Notes under the pieces: generated by a model
What the model was told of the DNA's origin: nothing
The model's database searches: none
Seen by the model: only the letters and a program-made list of their open reading frames with translations
In this document: one piece after another, positions 1 through 8,492 of the stretch
Layout: the number at the start of each line of letters is the position of its first letter
How positions within the stretch are numbered: the first letter of the stretch is position 1
DNA from: a virus
Virus record (IMG/VR): IMGVR_UViG_3300022693_000736
Location: 1 to 35,978 of that record
DNA: 35,978 nucleotides
Direction: 5' to 3' (one strand)
Program-made: the position numbers and the translations under genes

Positions 1-144
1 TATAAATTTAATGGATAGATGGACAGCAAGCGTTAAACAATTACATGCCGTTGTTGCACAAACTGAAATGGCAAATTTACTTACTAAAGGAAAGTTTGAT
101 AAAAGATTGCAGCAATTAGGGATTAGCGAATCCATTGGTAAAGA
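1..144. repeat. Terminal direct repeat, copy 1 (identical to 35835..35978). Most likely an assembly overlap of a circular or circularly permuted genome.
   Basis: Base-by-base comparison: 'tataaatttaatggatagatgg...tccattggtaaaga' occurs at both ends of the window. Confidence 0.95.
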
Positions 145-841
145 TATCGCCAAACAATTAAGAAAGTTTGGTAAAAAAACTGATGATGTTTGGATTGCTA
201 ACACTCGGGAGTGGGACGATCAAGCGCTTGCTGAAATTTGGGGTGGTGCATTAAGAAAAGAATCTGATCGCGTGATTGTTATGCCTGGGCAAGAAAAACC
301 TTTATTTATGTCTACTGAATTAGGGAAAACAATTTTTCAATTTAGAAGTTTTATGTTTGCAGCAACTCAAAGAATGTTGATTGCAGGAATTCAAGGGCAG
401 GACGCGCATTTTATGCAAGGTTTGCTTGGTATAACCTCACTTGGTATGATGGCTTATGCATTTAAACAATGGGATGCTGGAAGAGAATTAAGTGATGATC
501 CCGCTGTTTGGGTTACCGAAGGAATAGATAGAAGCGGTGTAACTGGTATAATTATGGAAATGAATAATACTGTTGAAAAGGTTAGCTCTAATAATTTTGG
601 TTTGCGTCCGTTGTTAGGCATATCAACACCTTCTTCAAGGTTCGCTTCTAGAAGTCAAGCAGAAGCTTTTCTTGGGCCCACATTTGGCTCTATGCTTACA
701 ACAGTATTAAAGGTTTCCGGCGGTGCCGCTGATGGTGATTTAGCCGATAATGATATTAGAGCTATCAGGCGTTTATTGCCTTATCAAAATTTAATGATTT
801 TTAGACAGCTGATAGATAAGGCTGAAAAGGAAATACAATAA
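1..841 (+). CDS. C-terminal part of a large internal virion / DNA-ejection (core) protein. It continues the ORF that opens at 33766. Codon phase starts at position 2 and the stop is at 839..841.
   Basis: The track ORF 11..841 is in frame with open frame 33766..35978 once 35835 is equated with position 1, giving about 969 aa in total. It is the last and largest of three ORFs after the tail tubular genes, as in T7-like morphogenesis modules. Hydrophobic segments are present. Confidence 0.75.
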   Translation, partial: INLMDRWTASVKQLHAVVAQTEMANLLTKGKFDKRLQQLGISESIGKDIAKQLRKFGKKTDDVWIANTREWDDQALAEIWGGALRKESDRVIVMPGQEKPLFMSTELGKTIFQFRSFMFAATQRMLIAGIQGQDAHFMQGLLGITSLGMMAYAFKQWDAGRELSDDPAVWVTEGIDRSGVTGIIMEMNNTVEKVSSNNFGLRPLLGISTPSSRFASRSQAEAFLGPTFGSMLTTVLKVSGGAADGDLADNDIRAIRRLLPYQNLMIFRQLIDKAEKEIQ

Positions 842-844
842 AGG

Positions 845-1387
845 CTATGTTCCATGATTAATATGATAACCATACTCTCTACTTTTTTGCTCCCTTGCCA
901 CACTCGCTTCTTTAGCTGTGTCAAAGTACCCTATAAATTTAGTTTTGCTATTTACACCTATTTCAGCTTTATATTTCTTTTTAACTTTGTCAAAATGAAC
1001 ACCTATAAAACCGGTTTTATTTCTTTTACTAAGCTTGAAGTTTTTATTGTTTTCTGTTCTTGTTACATCTCTAAGGTTTTTAATTCTATTATCAATCCCG
1101 TCACCATTAATATGATCAATATCATTAACGGGTTCTTTACCTTTAACAATAAGCCATATAATCCTATGCGCCATATATCTTTTGCTATTGATGCTTATAA
1201 TTCTGTAACTCTTTCCACTTTTCGTCTTAGTATTACAACCAGCTATTTTATTAGCGTACTTTCCATTCCAAATAGCCATACCTTTTTTAGATTTAAAATG
1301 ACTCTCAGGCCTAAAGTTCCAAATAAGAATTCCAGTGTCAGGGTTATAAGAAAGAATTTTTTTGATATACTGTTGAGTAAGTCCCAT
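845..1387 (-). CDS. HNH homing endonuclease with a C-terminal AP2-like DNA-binding domain (180 aa). It is antisense to the surrounding structural genes.
   Basis: Motifs 'DIDHINGDGIDNRIKNLRDVTRTENNKN' (HNH) and 'NKTGFIGVHF...KYKAEI' (AP2-like). The track ORF extends to 1420. Alignment to the paralog at 19357..19899 (also 180 aa) favours Met12 at 1387 as the start. Confidence 0.85.
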   Translation of the reverse strand: MGLTQQYIKKILSYNPDTGILIWNFRPESHFKSKKGMAIWNGKYANKIAGCNTKTKSGKSYRIISINSKRYMAHRIIWLIVKGKEPVNDIDHINGDGIDNRIKNLRDVTRTENNKNFKLSKRNKTGFIGVHFDKVKKKYKAEIGVNSKTKFIGYFDTAKEASVAREQKSREYGYHINHGT

Positions 1388-1446
1388 AGTGACAAGCCTT
1401 TCATGTTGGTAGAAAGTCATTATACACCAATAAATAGGATTTTAAA

Positions 1447-3279
1447 ATGACTATTACAGTTGAGCCATCACGCAACGAATACACAGCCGCGGCAGGGCAA
1501 AATATTTTTAATTTTACGTTTAAGATATTTTCGATAACTGATCTTAATGTTTACGTTACACCTGTAAATCAAGAGGAAAACGATTCTACTGATTTAACAA
1601 CTGATTATACTGTTGCTGGTGTTGGTCTTGAAGATGGTGGTTCAATCACATTAATAGCATCAACAAACGCAGGTGATTTAGTAACAATCGTTTCAAATAT
1701 ACCGTCAAACCGTACTACTGATTATCAAAATAATGGTGATTTTAGGCCTGATGTTGTTAATGATGATTTTGATCGCGTTGTAAGTATAGCTAAAAAAATA
1801 GAAGATAATTCTAATCGTTCAGTATTACTTAATCAAAGCAAGCAAGGTAACAAGCCTTTAGTTCTCGAAAGTCCTATACCAAGATCATCATTAAGATGGA
1901 GTCAAGACGGGCGTACTTTAGAAAATTTTAATTTAGTTGGTTTTTCGAGTCTTATAGTTTTCTCAACACCTTTTAGTTTTATAGCTACAGAAGGGCAAAC
2001 GGTTTTTGTTCTTCCCGCTGCTTTTGGTACAGAACCAAGCGTTGATTCAGTTAATGTTAATGGTGAATTCCAAGATGGCGTTGGTAACTTATCGATTGGA
2101 AGATCGTATAATGTTGCTGGTAATACAATAACTTTTACCGAAGAATTAAGAGAGGATGATTTAGTAACCGGATTAGCAAATCAAATTAAATCAACTAAAT
2201 CAGCAAATCCTAGTGAAAGCCCGTTAGGAACAAGAGGCAACCCAATTCCTTTTAATTCACAGCGCGAATTACTTAATACTGACTTATCAAGTACCACTTT
2301 TGTTGATGATGAATTTATTGAAACGTTTGGACGAGGTAAAATAAACGATGGTGGTGGTGCAATTTATCAAATAAAAGGATTTCAAACACCAGATTTTGAA
2401 ACAATTTTACCCTTAAATAATAATTTTACAGCAGTTCTGATTAACGGACCTAGACTAATATTACATAATGTTGAAATCGAAAGAATTGCACATAGGGGTT
2501 TTCGTGGTTTTAATGTTCAAGGGACTGTTTACGCTTTTGAGTATGCCTTAGACTATGGTGCAAATTCTTTGGAAGGTGATATTCAATTTACATCAGATAA
2601 TGAAATGGTTATATTTCACGATAAAGGCAATATGAACGTCCTTATGAATGGTATATCTGGAACAGTAAAAACCAACACTTTAGCCGCTGTTCAGGCAGCA
2701 ACGTTTAAAGAACTAACGGGTAATATTTTAGTAAATAAGGTTTTTATTCCTGAGTTCTTTGAATTATTAAACATATGCAGAAGCAAAGGTTGTCTTCTTC
2801 ATATTGAAATAAAAGATTACGTTACGCAAACAACCAATATTGATCAGATAGTTCAATTGATTGTTGATTATGGTTTAGAGCAAAGCGTAAGATTACAATC
2901 ATTTAGAATTAGTGATATTGAATATGTTCGTTCTATTAACTCAGATATCAAAGTCGGCTTTATAATATCAGGCGGTTACACCGGCAATGACATAGAAGGA
3001 ACGCCAAAGGCAGAAGGTTTTGAATTTATCAAGCGTGATAAAAACGCAATGTTAATACCTGACATTGGCACTGTAGATAACCCTCCGGTATTTCCAGATC
3101 CCACGGTTGCAGAATTTCAGGCAGCTGGTGTAGAAGTGGTTGTTTATATAACAGATAGTAGCAATGACAGTGCCCAAGGATTTGAATTTGCAAGGCGAAA
3201 TAATGTTAATGGTATTATGTCTGACTTACCATACTTTTACAATCAACCAGTAAGGATCAAGCATGGCACGTTTATCTAG
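1447..3279 (+). CDS. Tail fibre / tailspike with a C-terminal glycerophosphodiester phosphodiesterase (GDPD) domain.
   Basis: The N-terminus 'EYTAAAGQNIFNFTFKIF..DLNVYV' resembles the podovirus fibre adaptor region. The C-terminal part carries 'IAHRG...LEGDIQFTSDNEMVIFHDK...LHIEIKD', which are GDPD motifs. SD 'agga' lies 8 nt upstream. The gene follows the core-protein genes. Confidence 0.8.
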   Translation: MTITVEPSRNEYTAAAGQNIFNFTFKIFSITDLNVYVTPVNQEENDSTDLTTDYTVAGVGLEDGGSITLIASTNAGDLVTIVSNIPSNRTTDYQNNGDFRPDVVNDDFDRVVSIAKKIEDNSNRSVLLNQSKQGNKPLVLESPIPRSSLRWSQDGRTLENFNLVGFSSLIVFSTPFSFIATEGQTVFVLPAAFGTEPSVDSVNVNGEFQDGVGNLSIGRSYNVAGNTITFTEELREDDLVTGLANQIKSTKSANPSESPLGTRGNPIPFNSQRELLNTDLSSTTFVDDEFIETFGRGKINDGGGAIYQIKGFQTPDFETILPLNNNFTAVLINGPRLILHNVEIERIAHRGFRGFNVQGTVYAFEYALDYGANSLEGDIQFTSDNEMVIFHDKGNMNVLMNGISGTVKTNTLAAVQAATFKELTGNILVNKVFIPEFFELLNICRSKGCLLHIEIKDYVTQTTNIDQIVQLIVDYGLEQSVRLQSFRISDIEYVRSINSDIKVGFIISGGYTGNDIEGTPKAEGFEFIKRDKNAMLIPDIGTVDNPPVFPDPTVAEFQAAGVEVVVYITDSSNDSAQGFEFARRNNVNGIMSDLPYFYNQPVRIKHGTFI

Positions 3280-4057
3280 GTTTTTAAACGATTCAACATG
3301 GGTGTTGACACAAACCGGCGGTGCTGTTGTTACACCTTCAGATAGTGGTAAAACTATGAATCTTGCGGCTATAACTAATGATGCTGCTTTTATAATTAAT
3401 TCAGTTGTTGCATGGCCTGGTGATTCATTTGAATTTTCTGTTTTAGCAAGAAATATAGAAACGGGTAAAACTGGTTTTGGTGAAGTTATCATTGATTCGC
3501 CACCAGGGGTAAGACGGCAAGAAATAAGAATAGAATCAAAATCATTGAAACCTTATACGTTACGATATGATGTGCCAGTAGGTGCAGAAGGTCTTCGAGT
3601 AATTGATTTTGTATTGGGTGTTGATACACCTACCGATGGTAGTGCTGAATACACTTTGCCGCTTTTATTTAAAACTAAAGGCGATAATATATTTTTATCT
3701 GCCACTTATAAAATCGCATCAGCTGGTGGAATAACGCTACTTAGCACAGTAAAGCCTTTTAATACTAATGCAGCTGACTTGGTTGGTTCATGGGATGGTA
3801 CAAATATATGGTTTTTAATAACTCCCACTGAAACATCAGCATCTTTATTTGCTAACGGTATTAAACCCATACTGCAATTTTCAGCTAGTGCCGGCAATTC
3901 AAATTCAAAACCTATAACCTGGAATATAGAAGGGCTAACCGATAGCGGGGCTTTTCATATTCAAGCTTTAGATGAGTTAGGTGCTAGAATAGACTTAAAC
4001 GCTAATGATGCTTTAAGGCCTGATTTATTTGTAACAGTTACATTGGAGCTTAGATGA
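3263..4057 (+). CDS. Hypothetical tail-associated protein, possibly a second receptor-binding or accessory fibre protein.
   Basis: 264-aa ORF whose start overlaps the last 17 nt of the fibre gene. Beta-rich composition. Called from position only. Confidence 0.55.
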   Translation: MARLSRFLNDSTWVLTQTGGAVVTPSDSGKTMNLAAITNDAAFIINSVVAWPGDSFEFSVLARNIETGKTGFGEVIIDSPPGVRRQEIRIESKSLKPYTLRYDVPVGAEGLRVIDFVLGVDTPTDGSAEYTLPLLFKTKGDNIFLSATYKIASAGGITLLSTVKPFNTNAADLVGSWDGTNIWFLITPTETSASLFANGIKPILQFSASAGNSNSKPITWNIEGLTDSGAFHIQALDELGARIDLNANDALRPDLFVTVTLELR

Positions 4058-4058
4058 T

Positions 4059-4526
4059 ATGGCATTAACAAAAGATAGGTTTGTCTTAAGAAAAGACTTA
4101 ACGACATTAGCCGCAAGCCGAGTGATAAGCGGTGCTAGAGTCGAACTAGATTCAGGTGAGCGTTTTTTGACAGGGGCTGTTGATGGTGGTAACGGTATAG
4201 AATTGGTGGATGGTAACTTTGCTAATCCAATAATAGAAACTGTAGATTTATCGTTTTTACCTATAACTGTTGCAACAGCTTTGTCCGTCGATAGCAGAAG
4301 CATAAGCACGGTAACAAATACCCATACAATGGCTGATGGTGTTGATGTTGGAGATACAATCGATTTTACTTGGAAGGATGGAACAATTGCGACAATACAA
4401 GCTGTTTCAAACATTTCTTTTACAGATAAAGACGATGTAACAACTGTCGATACTGAATGGGTTTTTGATTTTCCTATCGTTGAGTTGACCTTTGTTTGGA
4501 CTGGTTCACAATGGGAGATTAAATAG
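4059..4526 (+). CDS. Hypothetical protein in the tail-fibre locus.
   Basis: 155-aa ORF, tightly packed and co-oriented. No motif recognised. Confidence 0.55.
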   Translation: MALTKDRFVLRKDLTTLAASRVISGARVELDSGERFLTGAVDGGNGIELVDGNFANPIIETVDLSFLPITVATALSVDSRSISTVTNTHTMADGVDVGDTIDFTWKDGTIATIQAVSNISFTDKDDVTTVDTEWVFDFPIVELTFVWTGSQWEIK

Positions 4527-4940
4527 ATGAGTACTTTATGGAGTGCGCAGTTTGCCAGTGATGCAGGTGGTGGAATTCTTGTACTTAGGTTTGGTAGTAC
4601 AGCTTTACAAGTTAACGCAGGAGCTACAGGTAATTTTATAAACATAATAGTTGCAGCAGACCGTATAGGACGACTAAACCTTCTCAGTTCCGCTGGCACT
4701 GAGACACTAATAGAAGTTAAAGTTGATGGAGTGGTAGTACAAGCGGGTTCATTAAGTCAGACGCCCGGACCTGCTATTAGTTTTGCTATAGCTAATGGAC
4801 AAAGTATTGCTCTTAATTCTGCGCCGGGTATAAAGCCACCTGTTATAGGTGAAAAAGGGCAGAATATCACAGTATCAAAAGTAAGTGGTAGCACTGCAAA
4901 TACAATGTTATATAATTATGATTTATTGGAGGCTAAATAA
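4527..4940 (+). CDS. Hypothetical protein in the tail-fibre locus.
   Basis: 137-aa ORF that starts directly after the previous stop codon. Confidence 0.55.
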   Translation: MSTLWSAQFASDAGGGILVLRFGSTALQVNAGATGNFINIIVAADRIGRLNLLSSAGTETLIEVKVDGVVVQAGSLSQTPGPAISFAIANGQSIALNSAPGIKPPVIGEKGQNITVSKVSGSTANTMLYNYDLLEAK

Positions 4941-5326
4941 TGAAAACATTATATAAGAAAATATGGTACCCAGATGACTTAAAACCTGCAGAAGGTGAAC
5001 AGTATCTTGACGCTAAACAAGGTAAAGTAGTAGAAGGTGAGGTAATAGACCCTTCAGGGCACATTGCTATTTATCACATACCTCAGTTATTAGAATCTCA
5101 AGAAGCACGTATTGATCTTATTGAAGTGGAAGCAGCTGAAAGAATTACTGCTACTGACTGGAAACTACAGAGAGTAGAGGAGCGTAATCGTAGAGGTAAA
5201 AAATCTCAGGCTGATGTAGACGCTATACTAGATATGCGTGACCAAATACGTATTGATAGTGATACAGCAGAAGCAGCAGTAATGGCTTTAACTACTATAG
5301 AAGAAGTTAAAGCTTTTACATGGTAG
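4940..5326 (+). CDS. Hypothetical protein, possibly a tail-fibre assembly / chaperone-like protein.
   Basis: 128-aa ORF with an ATGA-type overlap with the upstream ORF. It is the last gene of the rightward late block. The chaperone idea rests only on position and size. Confidence 0.5.
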   Translation: MKTLYKKIWYPDDLKPAEGEQYLDAKQGKVVEGEVIDPSGHIAIYHIPQLLESQEARIDLIEVEAAERITATDWKLQRVEERNRRGKKSQADVDAILDMRDQIRIDSDTAEAAVMALTTIEEVKAFTW

Positions 5327-5332
5327 TAGATA

Positions 5333-6010
5333 CTAAATTTGTTTCATGAAAAATCCGTTAGAACTACTAGCGGTTTTTTGTATCAACTCAATATCAGAAA
5401 CAGCCGCATCAATAAACTCTTTCACCTGTTCGAATTCATTTTGATTTTTAAATGTCCAAGCAGCAATTTTAAATTTCTTAACACTATCATAGTTATCTTT
5501 AATAAGTCCAAAAGGTATTATTATCCAATCAGCGTCTACAGTAGTAATATGATGCTCTCTTGTGATAATTCGGCCAGTTTCAATGCTTGGGTTAATAGAT
5601 TTTATCAAATCAACGTCTGATTGTTTGAATGATGAAAAATTAACAGTAATATTAAATTGATTTAATAATTCTAACGCTGGTTTTATAACTTCAGTCTCTT
5701 TTGCTTCAATCCAAATTTTTACATTGTTATTACTGGCAAAATACAATAAATCTTCAAAGGTATCGTAAGTTTCACTATCTAAAGTTTTATCATGTGAAAG
5801 AACAACAACCCCGTTTTTCATTCTTAAATCAGTTTCAATACTATCAAAACCTAAATTAATGGCGTTATAAAAGCCTTTAATTGTATTATCCTTTGCATTA
5901 ATCCCCCGGTGTGAAACTATTTCCACAGCGATTTGATCAATCACGTCAATCTCATTTACTTTATTGCCACCACAACCAACCAATAATATTAAAACCATAA
6001 CTATTTTCAT
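5333..6010 (-). CDS. Secreted lipoprotein with a glycerophosphodiester phosphodiesterase (GDPD) domain.
   Basis: N-terminus 'MKIVMVLILLVGCGG' is a signal peptide with lipobox L-V-G-C. GDPD motifs 'VSHRGINAKDNT...DSIETDL...VVLSHDK...IWIEAKE' follow. TAATG overlap with the upstream ninG-like gene. Confidence 0.8.
   Translation of the reverse strand: MKIVMVLILLVGCGGNKVNEIDVIDQIAVEIVSHRGINAKDNTIKGFYNAINLGFDSIETDLRMKNGVVVLSHDKTLDSETYDTFEDLLYFASNNNVKIWIEAKETEVIKPALELLNQFNITVNFSSFKQSDVDLIKSINPSIETGRIITREHHITTVDADWIIIPFGLIKDNYDSVKKFKIAAWTFKNQNEFEQVKEFIDAAVSDIELIQKTASSSNGFFMKQI
5355..5379 (+). terminator. Rho-independent terminator for the rightward late operon, lying inside the 3' end of the convergent GDPD gene.
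   Basis: Stem ccgttag (5355..5361) / ctagcgg (5367..5373) with one G-U pair, a 5-nt loop, then TTTTTT (5374..5379). It sits 29 nt after the stop of ORF 4940..5326. Confidence 0.6.
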
Positions 6011-6639
6011 TATTTAATAATCCTTATCTCAAGGTTAAACTTAATTCTTAAATTTTCGATCTCTTCCCACGTTAATTTTTTTACCGCGTTATTGGTTTCG
6101 CAATAATCAATAATTTCTTGACCTTCTTTTTCACCAAAACGAGCAATCAAACCTTTTTTATATCCGTCTATATCACCGCTTTTTTGCTGGTTACAATTAT
6201 AGTTGTGTTGAAGGTATGAGTTTTTAAAGTCGTATCTTAAACCACTATTAGCGCCAACGGTTTTAAAATGCCCGTTACACCATTGATCATTACCTATTGT
6301 CTTTTGGCAACTAATACAAACTGGCTCAAGACCACGATCATCAAACCATTTTAATTCCTGAAGCCGCCTTAATTTATTAAATACAGGTTGTGTTTGTTTA
6401 TGCTGCCACTTTATAGTTTTACGGTTAAGCTCCTTAACGGCTGCTTTATTAACTTTTATTTCTTTGGCTCGTGCTTGCTTAACTTTGTTATTTTGTCGCT
6501 CAATTCTCTTTGAGGTTTGTTCTGATGCGAAATTTAAAGCGTGCTGCTGAGAACAGAACCATCCAATAGGATGTTTTATCCCTTTACTGGCTGATTTGTA
6601 TTCTAAACAGTATTTACATTTACGATTACTGTTCGACAT
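6010..6639 (-). CDS. ninG: NinG/Rap-family recombination endonuclease.
   Basis: N-terminal 'CKYC...WFCSQQHA', then central 'CISCQK...GHF...LRYDFKNSYLQHNYNCNQQKSG', matching the lambda NinG family pattern. SD 'aaggaaag' lies upstream. Confidence 0.8.
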   Translation of the reverse strand: MSNSNRKCKYCLEYKSASKGIKHPIGWFCSQQHALNFASEQTSKRIERQNNKVKQARAKEIKVNKAAVKELNRKTIKWQHKQTQPVFNKLRRLQELKWFDDRGLEPVCISCQKTIGNDQWCNGHFKTVGANSGLRYDFKNSYLQHNYNCNQQKSGDIDGYKKGLIARFGEKEGQEIIDYCETNNAVKKLTWEEIENLRIKFNLEIRIIK

Positions 6640-6662
6640 TATTCTTTCCTTGTTCGTTTGGT

Positions 6663-6833
6663 TTAAATTAATCCGACTGTAAAATCATGATCACAGTTAT
6701 CACAACAAGCATTTGCAATACCATAGTATTTAACTATTCCTGTTTCGAACTCAGCCCCGTTTATAAATAACTCTTGATTGCATTCAGGACAATAAACACT
6801 AATCTCTGGCATGTTAATTTCTAATATCTTCAT
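6663..6833 (-). CDS. Small zinc-ribbon protein.
   Basis: 'CPECNQ...CCDNCDH'. The track ORF runs to 6869, but the ATG at 6833 has GGAG 9 nt upstream inside a 28-bp leader that is duplicated at 7010..7037. Confidence 0.55.
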   Translation of the reverse strand: MKILEINMPEISVYCPECNQELFINGAEFETGIVKYYGIANACCDNCDHDFTVGLI

Positions 6834-6852
6834 CACTCTTATCTCCGTTTGT

Positions 6853-7014
6853 TTATTTATTAAACCCATCTATATTGATGCTTTCTATATCAATATTATC
6901 AAGTAAAAGCATAGTAATGCCATCAACAGTTATATTTATACGCGGACTTTTATTAACTGCAATTTCTGTTGTGTAAACTTTGTCGTCACCTTTGATTTTA
7001 TATTCTATTTTCAT
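6853..7014 (-). CDS. Small hypothetical protein of 53 aa, below the ORF-track size cutoff.
   Basis: Hand translation gives MKIEYKIKGDDKVYTTEIAVNKSPRINITVDGITMLLLDNIDIESINIDGFNK*. Its leader, SD and start context are identical to those of the next gene downstream. Confidence 0.5.
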   Translation of the reverse strand: MKIEYKIKGDDKVYTTEIAVNKSPRINITVDGITMLLLDNIDIESINIDGFNK

Positions 7015-7043
7015 CACTCTTATCTCCGTTTGTTTATATGTAG

Positions 7044-7388
7044 TTAACTACGCGATTTCTTTCTATCGCGCTTAGCTTTGTTTTTGTTTGTAGGTATTTT
7101 TATTTTAGGCATTTCCTGAAAGCTAATCTCTTCACATTGTTCATAATCAAGCATTTTTATAATTAAATCCGTATCTTTTTGCCCTCTTGATTTCATGCGC
7201 AAACTTTCGCTTTCACCTACGCATTCACCGTTGACAATAAAACCGCCTGATATCGCTCTCATACCACCAAAGGATGATTTTTTAACATCATCAGACATTA
7301 CTGAGTGCTGAATTATTTTAGGGAAAATTATTATCTGTTCACCATTGTGTCCGTCAAAAACTACATATTTCATTTCGCTTCTCATCAT
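7044..7388 (-). CDS. Hypothetical early protein.
   Basis: 114-aa ORF with a basic C-terminal tail. The start is ambiguous (MMRSEM...). Confidence 0.6.
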   Translation of the reverse strand: MMRSEMKYVVFDGHNGEQIIIFPKIIQHSVMSDDVKKSSFGGMRAISGGFIVNGECVGESESLRMKSRGQKDTDLIIKMLDYEQCEEISFQEMPKIKIPTNKNKAKRDRKKSRS

Positions 7389-7422
7389 TCTCTCGCTTGT
7401 TGATTTGTTATTGACATTATTG

Positions 7423-7617
7423 TCACTTAGATATTCTTAAAAAACCATACTTAACACCTTGTTTATGACATTGGATTTTAACAGCGTTCATACTTCTATT
7501 TGGAAACTCTTTAGTTAAATCTTCAATAGTCATAGTACCTGCAAGATTATTTAATTTAATTCTTTCAGCCTTAGACCAGTTATTTTGTTTGCTTTTTGAT
7601 AAATAATTAAAAGACAT
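7423..7617 (-). CDS. Small protein, possibly with a Myb/SANT-like helix-turn-helix.
   Basis: The pattern 'W SKAERIKLNNLAGTMTIEDLTKEFPNRSMNAVKIQC' resembles a Myb-like repeat. This is weak. Confidence 0.45.
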   Translation of the reverse strand: MSFNYLSKSKQNNWSKAERIKLNNLAGTMTIEDLTKEFPNRSMNAVKIQCHKQGVKYGFLRISK

Positions 7618-7619
7618 AA

Positions 7620-7835
7620 TTAAACCTTTTTCATTAACGCCTTGGTAAAAACCATATTAGCCATTCTTCTCGCTGTATTTTCTCGCTTATTTTCGTTAGG
7701 TTCTTTTAAACCTTTTTGAAATTCTTTAGAGGCTATGGTTACTAAAGTTATATATAAATCTTCACCGAGTTCACGCCGACACATTGCCTGAAACCTTCGA
7801 TCCGCTGTTGTTGCAATTTCGTTATAAGTAGTCAT
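7620..7835 (-). CDS. Hypothetical early protein.
   Basis: 71-aa ORF with a 4-nt overlap with the upstream gene. Confidence 0.5.
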   Translation of the reverse strand: MTTYNEIATTADRRFQAMCRRELGEDLYITLVTIASKEFQKGLKEPNENKRENTARRMANMVFTKALMKKV

Positions 7836-8275
7836 TCTTCATAGCCTATATTTAATCCGGACTGGTTCCAAAAATAAATAATATTTTCACGATATTGATT
7901 GTGTTGTTTTGTATTCATTAGGCTAGTTACTTGAATTATTTGAACAAATTTTATTTGTTGTTCTCGAGTCATTGTGAAAAATTTAGCACCTTGTAAAGCA
8001 TGACCAATTACAACACCAACTTCAGGATCGCTTAATATAATTGGCAAGCCAAAATCAACTTTACATTCAGCTTCACATGTTTTTATGTCGGTTGCCGTGA
8101 ATTCGCTTATTTGTTTATACCAAACATGTTGTTGTGCGTTGGCAGACAAAGAGCGCTTCTTTTTCTTTTTGGTAATATTGACAAAAAGTGGCTGGCTTGG
8201 ATTTTCAGATAAAAGTTTATTTACCTTTTCGTCAAACTCACGCTTAGTGGTTAATGAAAGAGAATAGTTTTTCAT
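7832..8275 (-). CDS. NinB/Orf-like recombination mediator (147 aa).
   Basis: 'PLFVNITKKKKKRSLSANAQQHVWYKQIS' parallels lambda Orf 'PIVVTIQERNRSLDQNRKLWACLGDVS', and the length matches. The start is taken at the internal ATG at 8275, which forms a TAATG overlap with the upstream ORF. The track ORF extends to 8317. Confidence 0.5.
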   Translation of the reverse strand: MKNYSLSLTTKREFDEKVNKLLSENPSQPLFVNITKKKKKRSLSANAQQHVWYKQISEFTATDIKTCEAECKVDFGLPIILSDPEVGVVIGHALQGAKFFTMTREQQIKFVQIIQVTSLMNTKQHNQYRENIIYFWNQSGLNIGYEE

Positions 8276-8460
8276 TACCAGGGCACCATTATATAAAAAC
8301 AAGCAAGCAACAACCAAACAACGATAATAAGAGCAAACTTGTCACGCTCTAATTTTTTAACTTTTTCAACTAATTTTGGCTTCATGCAATCAAGTTCTAG
8401 CCCATGACCGCAGCAATACAGATAAATTATCTCCGAAGCTTTTAATTTTGTATTAGACAT
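8275..8460 (-). CDS. Small membrane protein with a C-terminal TM helix.
   Basis: 61 aa ending 'FALIIVVWLLLACFYIMVPW'. SD 'aaaggag' lies upstream. Confidence 0.5.
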   Translation of the reverse strand: MSNTKLKASEIIYLYCCGHGLELDCMKPKLVEKVKKLERDKFALIIVVWLLLACFYIMVPW

Positions 8461-8492
8461 TGTACTATCTCCTTTGTTTTATACTTTGGTTT

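Noticed and set aside
854-1450. 198-aa plus-strand ORF co-oriented with the structural genes.
   Set aside because: It is the antisense shadow of the HNH-AP2 gene. Its translation is low-complexity and Phe/Ile/Asn-rich with no motifs, while the opposite strand has clear HNH and AP2 motifs and a paralog elsewhere.
4025-4699. 224-aa minus-strand ORF across the tail accessory genes.
   Set aside because: It lies antisense to two tightly coupled plus-strand ORFs. It has no SD and an Ala/Ser/Thr/Pro-rich composition typical of shadow frames.
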